Positions 1 to 19,945 of a DNA stretch of 64,000 nucleotides are shown in pieces. The notes beneath the pieces were generated by a model. The model was not told the DNA's origin. It saw only the letters and a program-made list of their open reading frames with translations, and ran no database searches. The DNA is taken from the NCBI RefSeq assembly GCF_009914755.1, contig NC_060941.1; one strand, 5' to 3'. Position numbers and translations under genes: made by a program. The stretch is from the human T2T-CHM13v2.0 reference genome, Homo sapiens. The first letter of the stretch is position 1, and every line of letters begins with the position of its first letter.

Positions 1-835
<835 letters not shown>

Positions 836-1270
836 AAAGTGATTGAGTTTTCTGTATTTTGTCTTCACTGAAAAATGTTTATTTTAAAAAGCTATACTAG
901 CTCTAAAAAAAAGAGGGAGAGAGAGAAAAGACAGAACTTTCATAAGGCTCGGGAGAGAAGATTTTGACTAGGAGTCAGCGGGTAAAGATTGAAGGCAGAA
1001 TATTTCGGGTTACAGCAATAGCGGGGGGCAGAGGAGGAAAAGTGGAGAGTGCAGGGCCTGGTTGCAGAACGGCAAATAGCTTGGGGTGGCTTCAGTATCA
1101 GGGACTGGCAGGATAACACAGGAAAGAGAAGCTGGAATTAGATTTCAGAGGCCTTAAATGCCAAGTGATTGAGTTTAGATTTCAGATGGAAACAAATTAG
1201 AAACAAAAGCAAGGCCCCTTTTTTCACTGCAACACTGAAACTCACTATAGTGTTACATTATTCAACTTGA

Positions 1271-1564
<294 letters not shown>

Positions 1565-1812
1565 TAAACTTGAATTTTAACTTTATGGTATCAATATGTA
1601 ACTGTACTTGACACTTGTAGGTATTGCATTTTGGCAGGAATTAATTATTTAAGCAAACCAAATATACTTGTGTTAAAAACATTTAATAAAGTTATAGTTA
1701 TTAAGGGTTTGGTCACATTCATCCATTGACTGGAGTAGGTAGCCCATGATTTTCCTATTATGGTATACAAAGAGTTCTTGTAAACTAAAAACAGCAACAA
1801 CAACAAAATAGA

Positions 1813-2605
<793 letters not shown>

Positions 2606-2730
2606 TCACTTATTCAAGTTTTCAAAAAATTTACGTGCAATGAAGTTCACTGTGATATTGTCTATAATAGCTGAAACATTGGAAGAAACAACCCAAATAT
2701 CCATTGGTAAGAAGTTTTAAAAAACTACGT

Positions 2731-2942
2731 GGCCAGGCGTGGTGGCTCACGCCTGTAATCCCAGCACTTTGGAAGGCCCAGGCGGGTGGATCACGAGGTC
2801 AGGAGATGGAAACCATCCTGGCTAACACGGTGAAACCCCGTCTCTACTAAAAATACCAAAAAATTAGCCGGGCGCGGTGGCGGGCACCTGTAGTCCCAGC
2901 TACTCGGGAGGCTGAGGCAGGAGAATGGCGTGAACCCGGAAG
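2731..2942 (+). mobile_element. AluY-like, 3'-truncated
   Basis: GCTAACACGG and GAATGGCGTGAACCC diagnostics; no tail. Confidence 0.85.
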
Positions 2943-3212
2943 TGCTGGTTGCACAGCATTGTGAATGCACTAAATGCCACTGAATTGTTCACGTTAAAAC
3001 AGTTAATTTTATGTTATGTGAATTTCACTCCAATAATTTTTAAAATTATATTCCTTTTGTGCAATTTGATACTGTACAATCCTTAAGAAAAATGGAATAG
3101 ATGTATATAAACTAATGAGGAAAGATGTCAAAGATATATTAAGTATAAAATGCAATTTGCCATACAGTGTATATGATATGAGCCTATTACAGTTTAAAGT
3201 GTACATATGTTT

Positions 3213-3300
3213 GAGAGAGAGAGAGGGGATAGAGAGAGAGGAGAGGGAGGGAGGGACAGAGGGAGACAGAGAGGGAGGGAAAGAAGGCGAGAGAGAGAGA
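3213..3300. repeat. GA-rich purine tract
   Basis: Seen directly. Confidence 0.9.
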
Positions 3301-3350
3301 AAATGGAGTGTGTGTGAGTATGTCTGGAGAAGAGAGCAAAGAATATGAAT

Positions 3351-3775
3351 TGTAGTGGACATGCGTAGTTTTGGTTACTCATATCTGAATACTATTCTAT
3401 TTGAGAAGTATCCCAAGATAGGTAGGAGCTGGTTCTATTGCTTTAGTGAGAGCCTAAAAGAGGCACATATTTTCTCTCCTAATTCCTTGGCAGCCAATTG
3501 AGAGATGTAACATAATTGGCTCAGCCAATCAGACATTCCCACTCCGCAGTTCCACTCTTATAGGAGTGATGCAAAGGAGCATTGAGCGTTGAGCAGTGTG
3601 GCCATGAGAGGTCTTTAGTTCGTGTCACTTGGTCTCGCCTTGCTATTAGTTCTGCCCATTTTTCAAGTGTGACCCAAACTTCCTGCCAGTTGTGTGAGCA
3701 ATATGTATTCCTTCCATATAATTCTTTTTCTGCTACATTTAGCCAGAGTTGACTCTTCTAGTTTGCAACCAAGAA
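3351..3775 (+). mobile_element. Old ERVL LTR (LTR16/LTR33-like)
   Basis: TGTAGTGG start, GGCTCAGCCAATCAG core, TTGCAACCAAGA end. Confidence 0.45.
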
Positions 3776-4273
3776 CCATAATTTTTAAATGCAAAAACAA
3801 AAATAAATCTGAAGAAATACACACCTGCATGTTACAAGGTTATCTCTGGGCAGGTTGCACACCTAAGAATAGAGTAGCTGGGTCCTGGGGCATGTGCGCA
3901 TTCAAGCATCATCAATAAAGACACATTGTTTTCCAAAACGATTAGACCGATTTACTCTCCCACCAAGCATTTTATGAGTGTTGGCTTTGTTCCACATCAA
4001 CACAGATGCCTGGTACTGTCAGCCATCTTAATTTTAGCCATTTTGGTGGATATGACATGGTATCTCATTTCGGACATAATTTACATTTTCCTGGTTACTT
4101 ATGAGGTTGCATCTCTTTTTGTAGGTTTATTGGGTTTTGAATTTCCTTCAGCATAAACTGGCTATCCATATCCTTTGCTCATTTTTCTATTGAGAAGCAT
4201 ATGTTTTCCTTATTGCCTTGTAGGAGTTCTTCGTATATTATGGAGATGATCCTTTGTCTATTGTATACATTGA

Positions 4274-4632
<359 letters not shown>

Positions 4633-5539
4633 TAGATGTTTTTCATTTTTCACATAACTGGGTAAATATTTCAGCCTTTTCTTTTATGATTTGCTCTTTT
4701 TGTGTCATAGTTGGAAAGTCATTTCTTACTTTTGTACACACTGTCTTGTTTTTCACATTTAGGTCTTTGATCTACCTGGAAGATATTGTTTGTGTAAGGT
4801 GTGAATTATGAATCTAAGTTTAATTTTTCCATATGGATAGCCATATGATTGTTTATAAAGAACCTGCAATTAGAAAACTATAAAAAATTTTTAGTAGGAA
4901 TAGATCACCCTAAAGACATAAACCTTGGTATTATAAGAACATACTGCATAAAAAAGGAACACTCAATTAAAATGAAAAAAAATCATTTATTCAATAATTA
5001 CATTTGGCCATTTGAGCAAAAATAATCCATTTAGCTACAGGAATCACATAAAGCACCAAAATAAATTCCAGAGGGAGTTAAATATAAAAGAAGCATTCAT
5101 TTAAGAACAAGAAGATTATATTAATAAATATTTATGAGTCTTTCGATGGAGAAGGAGATAGCAACAAAAAAGTTTTTTAAAAACCCAAGAATAAATGTAA
5201 TAAGAAATGAGTGAGATCTTTATGAAAAAAATGGAAAATGCTACTAGAAGGCATAAAAGGAGACTTATGAAGAAACATATCCTGTTTTTAAAATAGAGGT
5301 ATTTTATATTATTATAAAAATCATTTTCCCTTAAGTTAATCTATACATTTAATACTATCTCACTAAAAACACAATCATGAATTTTAAATAGCCAAGGTGA
5401 CATGCAAGTTTGTATTGTAAAATAAACACGAAGAGCAATCAAAAAAATTCTGACCATAGGTGAGCAATAATGGAGGACCTGGGTCTGTTTCATATTAAAA
5501 CATATTACAAGGGTTTATAATTGTTGAGATGGTTCTTGG

Positions 5540-5987
5540 TATAACCAAAATCAAGTTTGGGCCACTTGTCACTTGAAAGCTAAAAACTCAAGAGATGAGC
5601 TTTGGTGAAAGGAAGGTTAGCTTTATTGGAGAAGCCAGCAACCCAGGGGAGACAATAAACTAGCGTTCAAAGACCACCTCACCGAGTTGAGTCTCTGAAT
5701 CAGGGAAATTAGAGGAATAATGATCAAAGCATTTTTGTGAAACATGTGCAGTCTCAGGTAGGCAGTTAGTCAATATGTTGGGGCCTTCTGCAGATGCCAT
5801 CTGCCCTGTTCTTACCAGGCTGGTCAGCCCATTCCCAGAGTTGTTGGTCATTGTATTTTCTTTTATTTTTGCTGAAGGTCCTGTTCTCCTGAAACTGTTT
5901 TTAGTGAATAAACTACCAACTCAAGCAAAACAATAATTACATTCAAGCATACAAACTTTTCTCTAACATGGAAGCAGTAGTGTTACC
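5540..5987 (-). mobile_element. Probable solo LTR (family not assigned)
   Basis: Degenerate TGTAAC/GTTACA-like ends, flanking (c)ttgg direct repeat, minus-strand AATAAA near 5625. Confidence 0.5.
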
Positions 5988-6327
5988 TTGGCAGATATTT
6001 GGAGTACGGGAGTTGCCTGTGGAAAGAGGTGTCACCATGAAAGGTCCCAGGCTCTTCAGAGCACCTGGTGGGCACTCAGAACTGAAACCGAAAGTTAAAA
6101 AAATTATTTTCCTGGTTATATTGAGGCATACTTGACATATTAAGGTTGTATCAATTTAAAGTGTATAACACAATGTGTTGATAGACATATACATTGTGAA
6201 ATGATGTCTACGATCAAACTAATTAACATATTCACTTCACATAGTTACTTTTTGTGTGTGATGAAAACACTTAAGATCAACTCTTTTAGCAGATTAATGC
6301 AGTATTTTTTTTTTAATTTATTTGTTC

Positions 6328-6617
<290 letters not shown>

Positions 6618-7082
6618 ACACAATGTAATATTACTTAGCCTTTAAAAAGAAGGAAATCATGCCATTTGTAAAGACATGGATTAACCTGGAGAATATTATG
6701 CTTTGTGAAGTAAAATAGGCCAAATTTTTATATTTACCCAACCTTTGCCTGAGGTAGTTGACTCCCATTCTCCCTATGCCTGTGCACTCACCCAAGCAGG
6801 CTGCTCACACTCCATGCATTCGTGCTTTTTAGGATTACGAGAATTGGCCGTAGGACTTGCTGGACCAGCATCAGCATCACTTAGGAGCTTATGAGAAATA
6901 CAGAATCTCAACCCCTTCTCAGACCTGAAATCAGAATCTGCATTTTAACAGGATCCCTCAGGGATTTTTATAAACATCAAAGTTTAAGATGTGATTACTA
7001 GATGAACGTTTTTGTCAGTGAAATAAAATTACCTATTTCCCCAACTTCTTTTAGCTGAACTAAGGCTTATTTTTAAAGTGTT

Positions 7083-7437
<355 letters not shown>

Positions 7438-7467
7438 TTATTATTACTGTGAATCTCTCTCTTTTAG

Positions 7468-7667
7468 GACATGTGCCCACTGGTCTCAAATGCCATCCTG
7501 ACCAGGAGCATATGATTTATCCTCTTGGTTGCACAGTCCTCATTCAGGCAATAAATACTAAAGAGCAGAACTTCCTACAGGGTCATGGCAACAACGTCTC
7601 CTGCTTGGCCATCTCCAGGTCTGGAGAGTACATCGCCTCCGGACAAGTCACATTCATGGGGTTCAAG
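7468..7667 (+). CDS. CFAP52: CFAP52 exon 2 (200 nt)
   Basis: cttttag|GACAT...TTCAAG|gtgaat; (G)HVPTGLKCHPDQEHMIYPLG...GQVTFMGFK. Confidence 0.95.
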
Positions 7668-7976
7668 GTGAATACAGTGAAAACGACTCATTGTCAATTT
7701 ATCTAGAGGTGCCTCCCTAGAAGAACTGCCCCACTTCAAGTTGTTAGTTCTATGTGGCAATGTGCTTTATTCTTCCTTCTTCTTCTTTTTGACTTCTCTT
7801 TTAACCCATTTTCATTCCGTCAGACCGGGAGTGAAGGACTCTGATGATTTTATACCCGAGGTTGCAGCTTGTGACTGATAATGCTCACAAACAAAAGTTC
7901 CCGCTTAAAGCTGTTTCCATTGTGTTGCTGTCATGTTTGTAGAACCTGATCCGATTTCTAGAAAAGTGATAGAGCA

Positions 7977-8295
7977 GGCTGGGCGCGGTGGCTCATGCCT
8001 GTAATCCCAGCACTTTGGGAGGCCTAGACGGTCGGATCCCCTGAGGTCAGGAGTTCGAGACCAGCCTAGCCAACATGGTGAAACCCCATCTCTACTAAAA
8101 ATACAAAATTAGCAGGGCGTGGTGGTGCATGCCTGTAATCCCAGCTACTCGGGAGGCTGAGACAGGGAGAAGTGCTTGAACCCAGGAGGTGGATGTTGCA
8201 GTGAGCAGAGATCTCGCCATTGCACTCCAGCCTGGGCAAAAAAGAGTGAGACTCCGTCTCAACAAAAAAAAAAAAAAAAGAAAGAAAAAAGAAAA
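7977..8295 (+). mobile_element. Alu (S)
   Basis: Alu dimer with A tail. Confidence 0.9.
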
Positions 8296-8391
8296 GTGAC
8301 AGTACTAATTGTTTTTCACCAAGAAGGGTAGCTATCTCCTCAGATGCTTTTAATGCCTCCCTATGATCTGACGGTGTGTTCTTGCCCCCAG

Positions 8392-8528
8392 GCAGACATC
8401 ATTTTGTGGGATTATAAGAACAGAGAGCTGCTTGCTCGGCTGTCCCTTCACAAAGGCAAAATTGAAGCTCTGGCCTTTTCTCCAAATGATTTGTACTTGG
8501 TATCACTAGGAGGCCCAGATGACGGAAG
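8392..8528 (+). CDS. CFAP52: CFAP52 exon 3 (137 nt)
   Basis: ccccag|GCAGAC...GGAAG|gtaatg; ADIILWDYKNRELL...GGPDDG(S). Confidence 0.95.
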
Positions 8529-8559
8529 GTAATGAACTAAACATAGTTACTTATTTTCT

Positions 8560-9490
8560 TTATTTTTTTTAACTTTTATTTCAGGTTCAGACGTACATGT
8601 GCAGGTTTGTTATATAGGTAAACTTATGTCACGGGTTTGTTGTACAGATTATTTCATCAACCAGGTGCTCAGCCTAGTACCCAGTAGTTATTTTTTCTGA
8701 TCCTCTCCCTCCTCCCACACTCCACCCTCAACAGGCCCCAGTGTCTGTGTTCCCTTCTATGTGTTCATGTGTTCTCATCATTTAGCTCCCACTTATAAGT
8801 AAGAACCTGTGGTATTTGGTTTTCTACCCCTGCATTAGGTTGCTAAGGATAATGGCTTCCAGCTCCATCCATGTTTCTGTAATTCTCATGATCTCATTCT
8901 TTTTTATGGCTGCGTAGTAGTCCATGATGTATATGTACCACATTTTCTTTATCCAGTCTACCATTGATGAGCATTTGGGTTGATTCCATGTCTTTGCTAT
9001 TGTGAATAGTGCTGTGATGCACATACAATCATATGTGTCTTTATGGTAGAACAATTTATATTCCTTTGAGTATGTAGCCAGTAATGGGATTGCTGGGTTG
9101 AATGACAGTTCTGTTTTTAGCTGTTTGAGGAATCACCACCCTGCTTTCCACAATGGTTCAACTAATCTACTCTCCCACCAACAGTACCTAAGCATTCCCT
9201 TTTCTTTGCAACCTCACCAGCATCTGTTATTTTTTGACTTTTTAATAATAGTTGTTCTGACTGATATGAGGTGGTTATCTCATTGTGGTTTTACTTTGCA
9301 TTTCTCTAATGACCAGTGATATTGAGCCTTTTTTCATATGCTTGTTGGCTGCATGTATGTCTTCTTTTGCAAAGTGTTCATGTCCTTTGCCTGCTTTTTA
9401 ATGGAGTTTTTGTTTTATCTTATAAATTTATTTAAGTTCTGTATAGATGCAAGATACTTTTTCAGATGCCAAGTTTGCAATATTTGCTTA
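8560..9490 (-). mobile_element. Older primate L1 3' fragment (L1PA/PB)
   Basis: Minus-strand ORF2 C-terminus relic [14 protein letters not shown] and L1 3'UTR. Confidence 0.85.
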
Positions 9491-9734
9491 TTTTCTGCAA
9501 GGCGTATTTCCAGAAGTGACAAGGGCCCTGTCCCCTCTAATGTTCTCTCTTGGCCCGTCTGTATTTCAGTATGCATTGTCTGAAAAGCCTCTGAGAAAAA
9601 TACCATAAAAGTGGTTTTCAAAGTTGGCTGCATGTTGAAATCACCTGGGCAGCTTTAGGGAATCACTGGTGCCTGGGTGTACCTTCCAAGAGTCCGATTT
9701 GATTGGCCTGAGCTCTAAGAGTTATACAAGCTTC

Positions 9735-10440
9735 CCAGTACTGTGTTGAACACAAGTGGCCAGAGTGAGCATCTGTGAGGAACATGGCTGTGCTTTGGTC
9801 AAGGATAGGCCAAGGTAGGATGTTTACATCCTGCGTGACTCAGCAAGTTTAGAGTGCAGGCGTATAATTCCACTGTTAACACAGCCATGTTGCCATAGCA
9901 TGGGAAAGGCCATCACTTGGCTCTACACCACTATTGTCTGTTAAAGGGATAATTGCCCTGTGGACACTGTGCAGGTGCCCTGGCGCCCAGAGAAAGAGAG
10001 AGAGCCAGAGCTGTCCATCTTTGCAGATGGACAAGGGGGAGCCAGGACACAGCTCAGCCCGCTCGTGCCCAGAGAGACAAAGAGTTAAGTTGCTGACCCT
10101 GAAGGCAGGGTAGAGCTGGCTGCGCAGCTGTATGTGGGAGATGCCAGCTCAAGCAGCGGAGGCAGGGCAGACAGTGTGAGAAAGCTGTTGATGAGAGCTG
10201 CTGCTGAATAAAATCATCTTCCACCTGCCCACAGCCCCCGAGTGTTCTTTCTGCTCATCTACCCACTCACCTCGGACTTCAGCATGGGCTGCACCTGGAC
10301 CCTGGGATCTGACAGCATCCATATCTTGTTTCAGGTCTTAGTGGAAAGGCTTTCAATTTCACCCCATTCAGTGTGATAATTTGCTGTGGGTTTGTCATAT
10401 AGGGTCTTTATCATGTTGAGGTATGCTCCTTCCATACCCA
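9735..10440 (-). mobile_element. Old L1 ORF2 (RT region) fragment split by the LTR
   Basis: Minus-strand relic LGMEGAYLNMIKTLYDKPTAN; L1 sequence continues across the LTR TSD. Confidence 0.7.
9774..10314 (+). mobile_element. Solo ERVL LTR (LTR18-like)
   Basis: TG...CA termini, perfect 5-bp TSD gcatc (9769-9773, 10315-10319), AATAAA 10207-10212; family assigned from recalled consensus. Confidence 0.8.
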
Positions 10441-10469
10441 ATAGAATATTTTTTAGCCACAGAAAAGAA

Positions 10470-10827
<358 letters not shown>

Positions 10828-11147
10828 TTAGGAAGAACAATCAATGCAAGACATTCCTATGTAAATGTCAAAGGATCACAATCTGTAGAAGAAAAATAGT
10901 AACACCTGAGGTTTGTGTGGGATTTAATACTTCAGTACACTTCTATGTATATTTTCTTATTTAAGCTTCATAGGTTTATTACAAAGGAAATTTATATTTG
11001 TGTATAGTTATATAACGATAGTTCTTCTCTTACTATATAGCAAGTCAACAAAATTTTCATGAGATTTCCTCTTTTTCTTGTCATTCACAAGTGGTCACCC
11101 CTTCCCTGGCTCATTACCACTTGACTGTTTCTGATAATAAATGTATT

Positions 11148-11477
<330 letters not shown>

Positions 11478-11496
11478 TTAACATTCTTAGCTCAAC

Positions 11497-12220
11497 TTTT
11501 TTTTTTTTTTTTTTTTTTTGCAAGCAGAAAAAGCCTTGTTTTATTTTAATGACTGATCTATGTAATCACCAAGAGTGCTATCTACAGACAAGAAATGGGG
11601 AGCTTCTATTTCTTAGTTTCTTCCTCCTTGGGCAAGTCTTGATCTTCTCCTTCTTGGCCCGGAGGTGCTCTTCACAGTGCTTGTGTGTTTCCTTGGTCTT
11701 GGATCTGTGGGCCTGAGCCTGTTCAGCTGGGAGCTTTTCACAGGCTTTGTCTGCCGTCAGCTCATGGATATGTTCCGTGAGAATCCAGTTGTTTTTTGAA
11801 TACATTCCCCTCCACCTTCAGGTACAAGCTGTGATACGTGTGGTGATCAATCTTCTTCGATCCATGGTATCTTCAGAGCAGGTGGCGCAGAATCCTCATT
11901 CTCCTCATCCAGGTTACTTTCTCTGGCAAAGGGCTACACCCTTTGGCTTACCTATGCCCATGTGCCTGCCCTTCTGGCGGGCCAAGGTGTTTTCCCATCA
12001 TCCAGCCAGGGAATGGACAGTCACAGGCTTATGGATAATTAGCCCATCTTTGATCAGCTTCCAGATCTGCTGGTGGGAGGTGGCCTTGGCAATTTCACTG
12101 GTCTCATTGGGGTCCAACCAGACCTTCTTTTTGCCACGGCAGAGGGCACTAGAGGCAAGCCCCTTCTGAAGCCCAAACATTCTCATGGCTTTGGCCACTG
12201 CAGCGAAAGAAAAGAGTTCC
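11497..12220 (-). pseudogene. RPL19 processed pseudogene, full-length, antisense to CFAP52
   Basis: RPL19-like peptides [12 protein letters not shown] and [17 protein letters not shown]; ATG at 12186, stop relic 11606-11608, premature TGA at 11998-12000; 5' pyrimidine tract; AATAAA (11540-11545); poly(A) 11497-11519; diverged TSD 11480-11498 / 12221-12239. Confidence 0.95.
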
Positions 12221-12625
12221 AACATCCTTCGTTCAACTTAAAGCAGTTATTCTCAACCTTTGGAGCACACTGATATTACCTAGGAAGATTTAAAAAACAC
12301 TGACGCCTGGGTCCCACCCCCGGAGATTCTTGGAGCTAGGCCATTAGGCCACCCCAATCCCACCCCCTGTCAAAGAGACTAGGTCTTGCGGGGAAAATGG
12401 CCCCTTAACCAAGGTTAATCTGGCAAAACTGTTAATCTCTGCTGTAATTTTAAGCTGCCTAAAATTTGTTTGCAGAACATTCAAGAATGTTGAAAACCAA
12501 AAGAAAGAAAGGAAAACAAACCTTGCTGTACTAAAAAAATGCAATATGCCCATCCCTGGATAGTCTCTGTGGTGAGAAGGGTGGAGTTCTGCTGATTGGT
12601 TTGGAGAGTCAGGGGTCAACCCTGA

Positions 12626-13054
<429 letters not shown>

Positions 13055-13272
13055 TAAATTTTGTAACCTATTTATGAAACTTTTTCCATTGATGTCATCA
13101 TGGTATTCATGTTGTAATGCAACCTGCTTTTTGACTAACTTTATATGAAGGACATCTATGTCCACACACGTAGATATAGATCTCATTCTTTGCCATAATA
13201 GCATAGTATTCCATTGTACAGATGTGCTGGAATCTATTTGGCCAGATCTCTATGTTGTTGCCCTTTGTTTTA

Positions 13273-13605
<333 letters not shown>

Positions 13606-13847
13606 TTAAAGCTATTTCCGGCCATGGCTTATAAAGAAACTGTGCTGTCCTACTATGCAAAAGGATCCAAAATTCAAAAGCATGACTCTTATATCCCCCT
13701 CACCTTGAAGATTCTACTACCCAGAGGCACTTGGATTTTTTTAATTGAAATACATTTCACATATCATAAAATTGACCCGTGTTAAGGTGTACAGTTGAGT
13801 GGTTTTTAATGTGTTCACAAGGTTTGCAATCATCATCCACAATTTTA

Positions 13848-14195
<348 letters not shown>

Positions 14196-15139
14196 AAACC
14201 CCGTACCCATTAGCAATCACTCTCCATCCCTCCTCCTCCAAGCCCCAGGCAACCACTAATCGACCATCTGTCTCTAGCTTTGCCTATTCTAAAACATTTC
14301 TCATAAGTAGAATCATACAATATGTGGTCTTTTGTGACTGGCTTCTTTCACTTAGCGTAATGTTTTCAAAGTTTATCCATTTGTGGCATGCACAGTATTT
14401 CATTTTTTATCATCAAATAGTATTCCATTGTGTAGACAGCCTACTTTATCTTCATCTATGCATCAGCTGATGAACTTTGAGTCATTTCCACTTCTAAACT
14501 ATTATTAATAATGGCGCTATGAACATTCGTGTACAAGATTTTGTGTGGACATGTCTTCATTTCTCTTGGATACGAGGCACTTCTTTTGAATAGTCTTTGA
14601 TTTTTGGTTCATCATCTAGTTATCATTTAAACTTTTTAAGTAGTTTACCTCCCAATTTTTCCACTTTTGATGGTATCTGTTAATGTCCCACTGTGGAAAA
14701 GGGAGAATTTATGGCTATTATATGACTTCCTACCTCCCTATTCCTGGTGATCTTGGTTATACCTTGATTTCAGACCAATGTGATAATACATTCCATATGT
14801 AGAAAAGTTGGGAAATATAGTTAGGTATGTTTTTACATGAACAAGATTTGTAACATTTTCATTCTTTTTCTTTAAACACCTTGATTCGAACATTTAACAT
14901 AACGCCCCCTCCCCAGCATTTTTTTGTATTATGATCCACACCCTATTCAGTGTAGGATAAAGTTGTATGATTGCACCCAGAAGAAGGAAGTGTAACCCTA
15001 TAGCTGCAATTCTCACAATGTGGTTCCCAGACCAGCAGCACACACATCACCTGGAACTTACAAGAAAAGCAAATTCTCAGATCCCACGTACTGAATCAGA
15101 AACTGCGGTGCTGTGGCCTAGCAGTCTCTGTTTTAATAA

Positions 15140-15836
<697 letters not shown>

Positions 15837-15896
15837 TTATTTTAAAAGCCTGTTTTCTCTTTGACTTTTTTTTTTTGGTCCCTCTTATTTTGGCAG

Positions 15897-16025
15897 TGTG
15901 GTGGTGTGGAGCATAGCCAAGAGAGATGCCATCTGTGGCAGCCCTGCAGCCGGCCTCAATGTTGGCAATGCCACCAATGTGATCTTCTCCAGGTGCCGGG
16001 ATGAGATGTTTATGACTGCTGGAAA
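15897..16025 (+). CDS. CFAP52: CFAP52 exon 4 (129 nt)
   Basis: tggcag|TGTG...GGAAA|gtatgt; VVVWSIAKRDAICG...FMTAG(N). Confidence 0.95.
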
Positions 16026-16578
16026 GTATGTGTCTGCGTTCGGAGTTTTCAGAACTCATAAATTGCTATATTTTCTTGCACAGAAAACATGGTCATTCTG
16101 ATCTGGGGGAACACGTCTTTAGTCCTGGATAAATACCTTACATCATAGTTTTTGTGATTTTGTACTCATTAAAAGTTCTCTTCACTGGAAGTATTTTCAC
16201 TATAGTTATTTTAAAATTCTGTGATTGCTGCTGAAAAGATTTTGCTTACCTGCTTAACTGTTCTCAGGTTCTTGTTTGTGACAGAATTATCTCCAATCCA
16301 TGCTCACAGAAACAATTTGCACAATTGCACAGATTCACCTACTGACTGATGTTTCTTCCCACCTGCTCTTGATTGGGGTCTCATGATCTGATAGTTTGCA
16401 AATGAATTCTGCCAGGAAGTTTCAAATGGTTAGACTGTTAGCCATGTAAAATAATTACGGGCAGGATCAGCTTTAACCAGCTAATGGTGACCTAGCTGAA
16501 AGTTTGAACAGAGGCCAGTATCTGCCTAAGGGAGGGAATAAATTAATTTACAGATTCACTAATTAGAACCTTGTTTAA

Positions 16579-16873
<295 letters not shown>

Positions 16874-17728
16874 TAGAAATCCTTTTTTAATGTTATATAC
16901 CAGTTCAGAGGGCAAGAAATCAGAAAATACAGAGTTGAAGTATGTGTTCAGTAGAACTATTTTTTTCAACCCATCTTGGAAAGGTACACATGGTTGGTTA
17001 CTTTTCCAGCTAGAGAAGAGAATTTGTGCAGCTCTACATCTATATTGTTTCCTGTCCCCGCTTTATGATATGCAACTTACATTTGCTCCATGGCTAATTA
17101 TGAGGAACGATTCATTCAGAGGCCATGAAGCTAATTGACCGGCACGAAAACCAGCCCTACCAAGCAACCTAAAGCAACTGACCACGGGCTGTGGCGACGC
17201 TCTTCAACTTTTTTCAGATTTGCAGAGTGATTTGACTAAGCCAGGGTTTTATAGGGTTCTTTCTGCTCCTTCACAGCCCCTTAAGCAGCAGGCATTGGTC
17301 CATTCTGATGTCCATGAGCAACATTTCTTCAGGACTCAATACTTGAATTTTATATTAAAAAAAAAGTTTTTTTAGGACAATCTGCATTCTATGTCTGGTT
17401 TGATTTCATGTGACACTGAGAACTGAGAAAGTGATCATTCGTAAGTAAAATTTTTGACATGGCACCTATGTATGCTGGGTTCTCTAACTTGGTCCCAGTG
17501 CCATGTATTCCACTATATTGTCCCCATGAGATGTCCTGCAAGTTTAAGTATTTCAGAATCCAAATAACATCTACCAGGAAGACCATGAAAAAGCTCTTTG
17601 TTTAAAAAAAAAAAGTTCAGTACGTTTAAAATATGTCTGAGTACTTACTATATATATAACTCTGGGAGCTAAAAAAACAAAAGAAAAACTATATATATAC
17701 ATACATAGTTATATATATGTTTATATAG

Positions 17729-18114
<386 letters not shown>

Positions 18115-18433
18115 AAAACTTGATATATTTTTAGATTAATCTTTTCTGCCTTAAAATATTAGCTGAAGTCTTTGTGATGTTGGCCTTGAAATTTTTATAC
18201 AATTATTAATTCAGATTAATTCAACATATAATGAGTAAATACCGACCATGTATCAAGTCCTGTGTTAGATGCTAATTTGGTTTAGCTTTTAGTTGCTTGG
18301 TCTCATTTCTCTTTCCTTGAAGACAAGACTCCACACCACAGGTCTTCCCTTTAAAATTTTCCTTGCAACTCAATACCTTGAAAAAAACACATTTAAACTT
18401 ACTCCTCCTCATGGTTGTTGTGTGTGTGTGTGT

Positions 18434-18742
<309 letters not shown>

Positions 18743-19234
18743 TGAACTGAAATTTGATGTCCTTTGACCAACATCTCCCTACTCTCCCACCCCCAGTCTC
18801 TGATAACCACCATTCTACTGTCTCATGCGTTAGGCTTTTTTACACTCCACAGCTGCGTAAAGTCATGCAGTGTTTGTTTTTCTGTGCTTGCCTTATTTCA
18901 CTTAACATAATGTCCATCAGGTTTGTCCATGTTGTCACAAATGACAGAATTTCTTCCCATTGCGTACATATACCACATTTTAAAAGTCCATCCATCTTTT
19001 GATGCACACAGGTTATGTACATCATGGTGAGTATAGTTCGTAATATATTGTATACTTGAAAATTGCTAACACAATTTTAAGTATTCTCACCGCCAAAAAA
19101 ATGGTAAGTATATGAGATAATGCATATGTTCAATAGCTTGATTTTGCTATTCTACAATGTGTATATGTATATAAACATCATGATGTACACCATAAATATA
19201 TATTATTTTTACTTGTCAATTAGAAAGAAAAGAA

Positions 19235-19792
<558 letters not shown>

Positions 19793-19945
19793 TTATGAGG
19801 ATCGAATAAAAGATCTTTCATAGTGCACTAGGCCATAACGAAGCCTCAAAAATGTTTAGATCTCTTCCCTTCAGTTTCAGGGATGAAGTGATTATTAAAT
19901 GGGTGTCCATTTGATTGTGGTTTTTTGTTTTTTTTTTTTACATAG

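Noticed and set aside
3009-3382. Low-complexity E/R- or S/L/P-rich ORFs (also 52613..52843 and 57821..58030)
   Set aside because: Translations of GA and GAAA microsatellites
11747-12169. 140-aa plus-strand ORF
   Set aside because: Antisense shadow of the RPL19 pseudogene with no splice or start support
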